Source: Squalus acanthias (lineage: Eukaryota). Taken from it: a stretch of 64,000 nucleotides of DNA. Every line of letters begins with the position of its first letter. Positions within the stretch are counted from its first letter, which is position 1. The translations under genes and the position numbers were made by a program. The notes beneath the pieces were generated by a model. The model made no database searches. It was not told the origin of the DNA and worked only from the letters and a program-made list of their open reading frames with translations. Positions 55,259 to 64,000 of the stretch are shown here, in pieces. The stretch covers positions 310,001 to 374,000 of the forward strand of contig JASTWF010000357.1 of NCBI GenBank assembly GCA_030390025.1, read 5' to 3'.

Positions 55259-56145
55259 CAGCAATAGGGTTTATTCTGTCCTGTTACAAGTTTTAAATGT
55301 CCCTGTGCTCCTAGTTTATAGGGGAGGGGAGTCTCTCACTTTATTCCCAGTAAACTGGCTCTAAATTTATTTCAGGTGTAACTGGCCGGACAGGTTTTGG
55401 GGAATTTTCGGATGGTCCCTTCCCGAGCGGGGCCTCACACACAGGGGGCGGATTATGGGGAATTCCCGGGTTCACTGCCCCCGGTTTACCCAGGAGCCGC
55501 CCGCTGTGTGCGAGGCCCCACCGCTGGCTGGTATGTGTCTGTACTCCGGTTAGATCGGAACCTTTTCACCGGCAGGTTTAAGATCCTGAATATCAATCTT
55601 TACTCAATCTTCAGGACTGTGAATAATTGTAAACATTTACAGCTGAAAGAATTCCCGATTCCCCAATATTCCCAATCCAGGAAACTAACCCCTCGACATG
55701 ACATACCCTGCACGGTATTGGATTAAATATCGAACTGTTCGTGATTTAAACTCGAGTTTCTCTCCTGTTCCCAGTTGAAATGGTGGATTTGGAAAATATT
55801 TTAAATTAATTTTATCTTTACTGCCGGATTATATTTTATGTTTACATTCTGCTGTCCGCCCTTATTAAATATGATTTATTGTAATTCAATTATCAGACTC
55901 TCAGTGACCTGTATTTGCTGATCCCATAAAGAATGTAAAATCCCTACTTGTTCACAAGGATCCATTTTAGATTCTCCAGCCCTTAGGGAATTACTGACCG
56001 ATCCTCTTATTATTGGACATATTTGTGTTGAATCTGCTTCTCTCTGGTTTAACTGAACTGTTTGTTTCCCTACATTACGGAGCAACAACACAATCCGTGA
56101 CTGTTCTACAATTCACCCAACAGTGAGAGACAAATAAACAGTTAC

Positions 56146-56702
56146 CTCAACTCCCGGCATTTGTGCAGTACGGGTCCCAGCCGCTGGAGTCCCTCACACT
56201 GAATGGAGCAGTCTCCTATATCGAGTTATTTTATTGTATCACAGAGTCCAATGACGTGAGACAGGACCGCACAGTCAATCGGGTTCAATGTCAATCCACT
56301 AAAGGTAAGTGATTCTACAGATCCCACTGTTTTCCGAGCCAGTGCTTTATTCTGAGACTCAAACAGGTAGTGGAATGTGTTCAAGAGGTTCCTTTTACCA
56401 GTTTCACTCTCTGTGTTTCCAATCTGTCCTTCAACCTTCTCCTTCACCCAGTCAATCACTCGGCAGGTGGTTTGATGAAGAAATAGACCCAGAAACTCCT
56501 CCAGGGGCCGAGCTGACTGTGGGGAGGAGAGACCAGCAACAAAACGGATAAATATCTCAAATCGCCCATCTTCCTTGCTGTGGGCTTCTCTGAGGAGTTT
56601 CAGGATGTCCCCGGGATCTGGAGTCAGGAATTCTGCGAGTGCGGCTACAAACTCTTGGATGGTGAGGTGCGGGAAAGTGTACACCACGCTCTGGACAGAT
56701 TC
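56146..56702 (-). pseudogene. 3' part of the large NLR exon (winged-helix/HD2 region and first LRR)
   Basis: SVQSVVYTFPHLTIQEF...GLCDTIK*LDIGDCSIQCEGLQRLGPVLHKCREL followed by AG|gtaact. Confidence 0.9.
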
Positions 56703-57780
56703 TGTAGTTCATCCATGCGATCTTTAAATGTTTGCCATTGCCTATCCACCATCAACCCTTTAAGTAACATTCTCCAATCCATCCTAGCCAAGTCGTGCCT
56801 CATACCATCGTAGTTTCCTTTATTTAAATTCAGGACCCTAGTCTCTGAGTCAACTACTTCACTCTCCATTTTAATGAAGAATTCTATCATATTTTGATCG
56901 CTCCTCCCCAAGGGGCCTCGCACAACAAGATTGCTAATTAATCCTTTCTCATTACATAATACCCAGTCTAAGATGGCCTGATCTCTAGTTGGTTCCTCGA
57001 CATATTGGTCCAGGAAACCATCCCGTAAACACTCTAGCAATTCCTCCTCCACAGTAATTTGGTTAGCCCAATCTATATGTGGATTAAAGTCACCCATGAT
57101 AACTGCTGTGCCCTTATTGCACACGTCTCTAATTTCCCATTTAATGCCATCCCCAACCTCAGCATTACTGTTTGGGGGTCTGTATACAACTCCCACTAAT
57201 GTTTTCTGCCTCTTGGTATTTCTCAGCTCTACCCATACAGACTCCACATCATCAGAGCTAATATCCTTCCTTACTATTGTGTTAATCTCCTCTTTAACCA
57301 GCAATGCTACCCCAACTCCTTTTCCTTTTTGCCTCTCTTTCCTGAATATTGAATACCCCGGATGTTGAATTCCCAGCCTTGGTCACCCTGGAGCCATGTC
57401 TCCGTAATCCCAATTATATCATATCCATTTACATCTATTTGCGCAGCTAATTCATCCACCTTATTACGAATGCTCCTCGCAGTAAGACACAAAGCCTTTA
57501 GGCTTGCTATTTTAATACTCTTAGACCTTTTAGAATTATTATTTACTGTGGCCATGTTTGATTTACCCTTGATTTCTCTGACTGCCACTTTTGCTTTTCT
57601 CCTTCCTGCCTTTTGCTTCTATCCTTGCTTCCCTTTCCTCTGTCTCCCTGCACAGGTTCCCAACCCCCTGCCATTTTAGTTTAAACCCTCCCCAACAGCA
57701 CTAGCAAACACTCCCCCCTAGGACATCAGTCCCGCCCAGGTGCAAACCATCCAGTTTGTACTGGTCCCACCTCCCCAGAA
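56703..57780 (-). mobile_element. Internal CR1 fragment: ORF1 end plus ORF2 APE endonuclease, frameshifted
   Basis: DGLHL (esterase-like ORF1), ARSIRNK, IGITETWL, GVVYRPP, MGDFN, LDWVL, GRSDQN; frameshift near 57300-57360. Confidence 0.9.
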
Positions 57781-58156
57781 CATCAAAATATCAAATGGCC
57801 TGATGTATATATGTAGCTTTGCCTTTCCTTCAAGAATTTTGTAAAAAGCAAAGTAAGATCCCACAGCAACGCAGACTGAAATTAAATCAGTATGATCTAA
57901 TGGTATATTCTTTGTTTATTCAGACATGAGATGCAGTACCAATGCACACGGCAGCTAATTTGAACAGAGACAAGCCCTGCATACACACCAACTTACACAC
58001 ACACACACACAACCAGGCCAGCCTGCAAAATTGTCACCAATGAAAGTTGATTTCTACCATCCCTCTGCTCTGTTTGGCAGTTTAAAAGCAAACACAGTTT
58101 TCAGTATTTTATCTTTTCATTTTGCAGCCTACAGAAACAGGCTTTCTAATCTGCAT

Positions 58157-58405
58157 CAAAAGGAAGTGCTGTGGAAGTGGGAAATCTGAAATAAGAACAG
58201 AAAATGCTGGAAATACTCAGCAGGTCAGGCAGCATCTGTGGAGAGAGAGAGAGAAACAGAGTTAATGTTTCAGCTCAATGACATTTCATCAGATTCTGGA
58301 AAGGTTCTGACGAAAGGCCATCGAGCTGAAACATTCACTCTGTTTCTCTGTATCTCCACTGATGCAGCCTAACATACTGAGTATTTACAGCATTTTCTGT
58401 TTTTA
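58157..58405. mobile_element. Fold-back Penelope-derived element (duplicate of 45931-46179)
   Basis: Same sequence at offset 12226. Confidence 0.8.
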
Positions 58406-59038
58406 TTTCTATTCTGCATGTTTTCTTGATTTCATGTGTCTCTCTCACTGCCTGCCAGCCTTGTCTTAATTTGAGTGGAATGGAAAAAAAAATGCAAAGA
58501 TTCCACAGCAGCTTTTACTGTCAGACAGTCCACAAAGACATTTTTCATTATCTCACTGACTGACTGGCTGTCTTGAAGTGAATTGAAATGAAATAAAGTG
58601 CAATAAAGTGATACACAACAGCATTACATGTGGACCAGGCCAGAATGAAATCACTAGGGTTCAATACAACAGCAGCAGGTAATAAGATAGCAGACCACAT
58701 CGCACACAAACACATGTTTTTGCCCTCTTTCTGTCTCACACACACTCTCAGTCTGGCCAGCCTGCAGATGGATGACTGCCGTGTTGGAAGATTAAAACCA
58801 AAAAGACAGTTTTCAGTATCTTATCTTTTCACTTCGCGGCCTACAGAAACAGGCTTTCTATTCTGCAACTTGCCTTTTGATTTAATGTCGCTCTCTCTCA
58901 TAGACTGTCTGTCTGTCTCTCACTCAGTCTTAATCCCACCCACACTGAACTAAAATTTACAGTAACATGACACACACACTCACACAGACTCTGCAATTTG
59001 CAGAAACTCACACACACACATTTATTTTGAAAGATTTG

Positions 59039-59598
59039 TGTTGGTGAAAAATTAATTCACTCGAGTCTGTCTCAAAGCAAAAGATCACAGTTTATTATTC
59101 GAAGCGCTCTGGGAGAAGAGTCATAGCCTGCGGGCTACTGACCAGCTTCTCAATATAATAGCGGTCAGCCAAGCTTCTTTATACACTTCCAGAAGCCAGA
59201 AAATACAAACATCAGCACAGTTATACATCATGAGCGACCCTTAGGGTCTCTAAAAACAACTTGATTAGAATCTTACACTGTTAGCGAAACTCATCCTTTA
59301 TTCTGCTTTTGTCTAATAGTGGTCAGCCACCTGCACTGCAAGGTTTCATTCTTACGCCTTTTCGAGGTTAGTTTATTATAGAAAACAATGATTCACATTT
59401 TTGTTCTGCAGTGTCTGCATTGTCTATACCGCAGACTAAGCAAGCTCATCTTTTATCTAATTATACCCCTGTCTCCATCGGCTTGTAACCTTCGGGAGAT
59501 ACTTTGACCTTTACTATAGTCCTTTAAGCAGTTCAACTAATCTTAAAAATTAAACTGATTTGCTCTTACATTATTACAATTAATTTTTTACTCTTACA
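59039..59598 (-). mobile_element. Solo LTR (duplicate of 46806-47365)
   Basis: TG...CA ends and ATTTG TSD. Confidence 0.88.
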
Positions 59599-60326
59599 AT
59601 TTGCAGCCTGGGAGTGTCCATTTTTGATGATGTCCCTTCCTGGCTGTCCGGCCATGTTTGATGAGTACAATCAAACAGGAAGAAGTGAAGCCGAGGCCCC
59701 AGAAATCCGGGTCCCCGAGAGGAAATGAAAGCCCGGGAGGGTGAAAAGAAGTAAATACAATTAGGAATAAAGAATAATATATACTTTACTTCTGTTAATT
59801 AAATGTCTGCCTGTCTGTGGTTTGCCAGGAGTGTAATAAAATGAATGGAAAGATCCCACAGCAGCTTTTGCTCTGAAAACATCCCAAGCACATTCCCCTA
59901 TAAAGTCCAGACCAGAAAAAATATCAAATGGCTTGATGTATATATGTAGATTTGCTTTTTACAAAATTGTTGAAAGAAAGGCAAAGTAAGATCCCACAGC
60001 AGTGCAGTCTGGAATGAAATCAGTATGATCTAATGGTACATACTTTGTTTTTTTCAGACATGAGATGCAGTACCAATGCACACGGCAGATAACTTGAACA
60101 CAGAAAAGCCCGGAATACACACCAGCTTTTGTTGCCTGTCTGTCTCTCTCTCTCACACACACACACAGGCCAGCCTAAAAATTGCCACAAATTACTGTCA
60201 GCAATGAAAGAAAGTTCATTTCCATCATTGCTCTGCTTTGTTTAGCAGTTTAAAAGCAAAGAGACAGTTTTCAGTATTTTATCTTTTCAGTTTGCAGCCA
60301 ACAGAAACAGGCTTTCTATTCTGCAT

Positions 60327-60571
60327 CAAATGCAAATGCTGTGGATGTGGGAAATCTGAAATAAAAACAAAGTTTTGGAAATACTCTGCAGGTAAGGCAG
60401 CATCTGTGGAGAGAGAGAGAAACAGAGTTAATGTTTCAGCTCGATTACCTTTTGTCAGATTCTGGCAAAGTTCTGACGAAAGGTCATCGAGCTGAAACAT
60501 TTACTCCGTTTCTCTGTATCTCCACTGATGCTGCCTAACATAATGAGTATTTCCAGCATTTTCTGTTTTTA
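60327..60571. mobile_element. Fold-back Penelope-derived element (duplicate of 48094-48338)
   Basis: Exact 14-bp direct repeat tttctattctgcat at 60313-60326 and 60572-60585. Confidence 0.8.
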
Positions 60572-60897
60572 TTTCTATTCTGCATTTTGTCTTGATTTCA
60601 TGTGTCTCTCTCACTGCCTGCCAGCCTGTCTACCTTGTGTTGATTTGAGTAGAGTGGAATAAAATGAATTCAAAGATCCCAGAGCAGCTTTTATTGTCAG
60701 ACAGTCCACAAAGACATTTTCAGGATCTCACTGACTGACTCTCGGTCTTGAAGTGAAGTGAAATGAAATAAAGTGCAATGAAGTGATACACAACAGCATT
60801 ACATGTGGACCAGGCCAGAATGAAATCAACAGGGTTTAATAAAACAACAGCAGGTAATAAGACAGCAGACTACATCTCACACAAACACCAGCTTTTG

Positions 60898-60946
<49 letters not shown>

Positions 60947-62450
60947 TCACAGCCTGGCCAGCCTGCAGAGGGATGACTGCTTTGTTGGAAGATTAAAACC
61001 AACAAGAGACTTTTCAGTATCTTATCTTTTCACTGTGGCCTACAGAAACAGGCTTTCTATTCTGCAACTTGCCTTTTGATTTCATGTCTCTCTCTCTCTC
61101 ACTGACTGTCTGTCACTCAAACAGTCTCCCTCCCACCCACATAGAACTAAAAGTTACAGTAACATGACACACACACTCACACAGACTCTGCAATTTGCAG
61201 ACACACAGACACCCACTCACTTACAGACACACTCTCACAGACTCTGCAATTTGCAGACACACAGGCACCCACGCACTTACAGACACACTCACACAGACTC
61301 TGCCATTTGCAGAAACTCACCCTCACACACACACATCCATTTTGAAAGATGTGGAGCCTGGGAGTGTCAATGTTTGATGATGTCCCTTCCTGGCTGTGCG
61401 GCCATGTTTGATGAGGACAATCAAACAGGAAGAAGTGAAGCCGAGGCCCCAGAAATCCGGGTCCCCGAGAGGAAATGAAAGCCCGGAGGGTGAAAAGAAG
61501 TAAATGCAATCAGGAATAAATATTAATATATATACTTTACTTCTGTTAACTAAATGTCTGCCTGTCTGTGGTTTGCCTGAAGTGTAATAAAATGAATGGA
61601 AGGATCGCACAGCAGCTTTTGCTCTGAAAAGATCCCAAGCACATTCCCCAATAAAGCCCAGTCCAGAAAAAAATCAAATGGATTATTCTGAAAATAATTT
61701 TAAAAATATAGAATTTTTTTTTTTAGCAAATGTCTTGTCTTGTTTTAGTTAGGTTGAAGGGGAGAGCAAGATCCCACAGCAGGATGTGCCATGAAACATT
61801 CCACAAACAATCCCCTATAAAGTCCAGTAAATTATCAAATGGCTTGATGTATATATGTAGAATTGCTTTTTACAAAATTCTTGAAAGAAAGGCAAAGTAA
61901 GATCCCACCACAGCGCAGTGTGGAATTAAATCAGTATGATGTAATGGTATATACTTTCAGTTGTTTTCAGACATGAGATGCTGTACCAACGCACATGGCA
62001 GATAACTTGAACACAGACAAGGCCGGAATCTCACACACACACACACACACACGCAAAATTGCCAGAAATCACTGTCAGCAATGAAAGAAAGTTGATTTCT
62101 TTCATAGCGCTGCTCTGTTTGGGAGTTTAAAAGCAAACAGACAGTTTTCAGTATTTTATTCAGCATGTTGTCTTGATTTCTCTCACTGCCTGCCAGCCTG
62201 CCTTGTCACACACAAACTCACAGCCTGGCCAGCCTGCAGAGGGATGACTGCCGAGTTGGAAGATTAAAACCAAAATGACTCTCAGACAGATTCTGCAATT
62301 TGCAGACACACACACTCACTCTCACATCCATTTTGAAAGGGGTGAATCCTGGGAGCGGCTGAGTCACGTGACCCTGTGGCAGGGCCTCTGACCTCACAAT
62401 GGACGATGACGCGATCAGCTCGAGCGGGAAAGCCTTAAATTAAATTAAAT

Positions 62451-63730
62451 TCAATTAATGGTCACAGTCAATCCGGGTCTTGTTCCCTCCAGTAACTCCA
62501 GCTGTTTCTCTCCGGATGAACTGAACCGATTGTCCCCCAGCCTGAAACAGATTAAAGATTAAACAGGAAATAAACAGATTGAACATCAGTGTAAATAACC
62601 GCGAGACTGGGGTTAATATTTCAATAATAATTACTGACAAATATTACCCACAGTGACTGAATCCCATTGATATTTTATTTATTACATTAAACATTAACAC
62701 AAACACTCACTCGATCCTCTCCAGACTCCGGCAGGTCAGTATGAGGTGGCGGAGAGCGGGGACAGATCGGTCTGTGAAGGAGTTTCCTCTCAGGCTCAGA
62801 TCCGTCAGTGAGCGGATTGTACTGAGAGCGGAGGCGAGATCCTCGGCACAAGAATCTGTGAGACCGACAGACCATAGACTGGGGATCAGAGAGGGAAATA
62901 ACAGGAATCAGAGTCAATCCCCAGAGTTTATTAATAACACTATTACTGATACTAATAATAATGTTCAGTGTCAGACATCCAGTTATTATAAACACAATCT
63001 CACACAGTCTGGTACTTACTACAGTGTCTGTATTTTACAGTCCGGGATCCTCAGAGCCGCAGACACTAGTTTCACTCCTGAATCTCCCAGTTTATTATCA
63101 CCCAGGTCCAGATCCGTCAGTGAGCGGTTTGTACTGAGAGCGGAGGCGAGATCCTCGGCACAAGAATCTGTGAGACCGACAGACTCCAGCCTCGGGATCA
63201 GAGAGAGAAATAACAGGAATCAGAGTCAATCCCCAGAGTTTATTAATAACACTATTACTGATACTAATAATAATGTTCAGTGTCAGACATCCAGTTATTA
63301 TAAACACAATCTCACACAGTCTGGTACTTACCGCAGTTTCTGTATTTTACAGTCCGGGTTCCTCAGAGCCATAGACAGCAGTTTCACTCCTGAATCTCCC
63401 AGTTTATTATCAGTCAGGTCCAGATCCATCAGTGAGCGGATTGTACTGAGAGCGGAGGCGAGATACTCGGCACCAGAATCTGTGAGACCGACACCCCCGA
63501 GACTGGGGATCAGTGAGAGAAATAACAGGAATCAGAGTCAATCCCCAGAGTTTATTAATAACACTGTTACTGATACTAATAATAATGTTCAGTGTCAGAC
63601 ATCCAGTTATTATAAACACAATCTCACACAGTCTGGTACTTACCCCAGTTTCTGTATTTTACAGTCCGGGTTCCTCAGAGCCGCAGACACTAGTTTCACT
63701 CCTGAGTCTCTCAGTTTATTGCCGCTCAGT
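62451..63730 (-). CDS. NLR copy B, LRR exons (63644-63730, 63332-63502, 63020-63190, 62711-62878, terminal 62451-62541); 5' part outside the window, possibly also a pseudogene
   Basis: Exon frames are open and the terminal exon [29 protein letters not shown] is uninterrupted. Confidence 0.7.
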
Positions 63731-63864
63731 CTAAACACAAACAGAGAGAGAAACAAACTGAATCAGAGCCCGGATCTGATATATTTTTCTCTCTCGGATA
63801 TTACAGCAATCACTGAAAGTACTTCAGGACATTAATCACCCGGTTTCCCCACGCGATTTCCCCC

Positions 63865-64000
63865 TTGGGCGGGTCGTGTGGGGCCGGGGTTGGTGGCGGG
63901 TGGGGCCGGGGTCGGGTTGGGCGGGGGGGGGGGGGGGGTGTGGGGGGGGCGGGCTCGGGTCGGGTCGGGTGGGGCCGGGGTCAGGTGAGGTCGGGTCGGG
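63865..64000 (+). repeat. G-rich (GGGTC)n repeat, third copy
   Basis: Read directly. Confidence 0.9.

Larger units (their letters stand above)
50220..56702 (-). pseudogene. NLR (NACHT-associated + ribonuclease-inhibitor-type LRR) pseudogene, 5'-truncated
   Basis: Exons at 56146-56702 (YTFPHLTIQEFVAAL...FHYLFESQN...DCAVLSHVI, in-frame TAA at 56226-56228), 53266-53352, 52954-53124, 52642-52812 and 52333-52500. The terminal exon is split by CR1 (52151-52163 and 50220-50291). Introns are GT-AG and phase 2. Confidence 0.92.
45345..57570. repeat. Tandem segmental duplication, unit A (12.2 kb including the CR1 insertion)
   Basis: 45345 onward matches 57571 onward almost perfectly. The offset is 12226, becomes 12233 after a 7-bp indel at ~46460, and 10378 after the CR1. 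Confidence 0.95.
57571..64000. repeat. Tandem segmental duplication, unit B (continues beyond the window)
   Basis: Near-identical to 45345-53620 without the CR1. Confidence 0.95.

Noticed and set aside
56226..57304. APE endonuclease-NLR fusion protein
   Set aside because: The two ORFs are in different frames, the APE part is frameshifted and the NLR part has a stop.

Overview
Eukaryotic vertebrate DNA, most likely a cartilaginous fish (inferred from the GPR139-like receptor, fish/shark-type NLR exons, and the CR1 and Penelope repeats). It is not prokaryotic, and there is no CRISPR array. (1) 1-1650: a two-exon GPR139-like class A GPCR gene on the minus strand. The ORF track missed it; its frame is open to the window edge. 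(2) ~2000-44676: a ~42.7 kb satellite of 26-bp units (consensus GACTCTACTCTAACATTACTGGTGGT) with variable higher-order repeats and degenerate edges. A young 5'-truncated CR1 LINE (29857-31040) sits at a boundary between two sets of unit variants. (3) 44677-64000: a very recent ~10.4/12.2 kb tandem duplication of a 5'-truncated NLR (NACHT-associated + LRR) locus on the minus strand. It carries a solo LTR, Penelope-derived fold-back elements with hammerhead-ribozyme cores, a Penelope RT/GIY-YIG fragment and a CR1 ORF1/APE fragment. A second young CR1 is present in one duplicate (inside the NLR last exon) and absent from the other. All coordinates and difference counts were read by eye.
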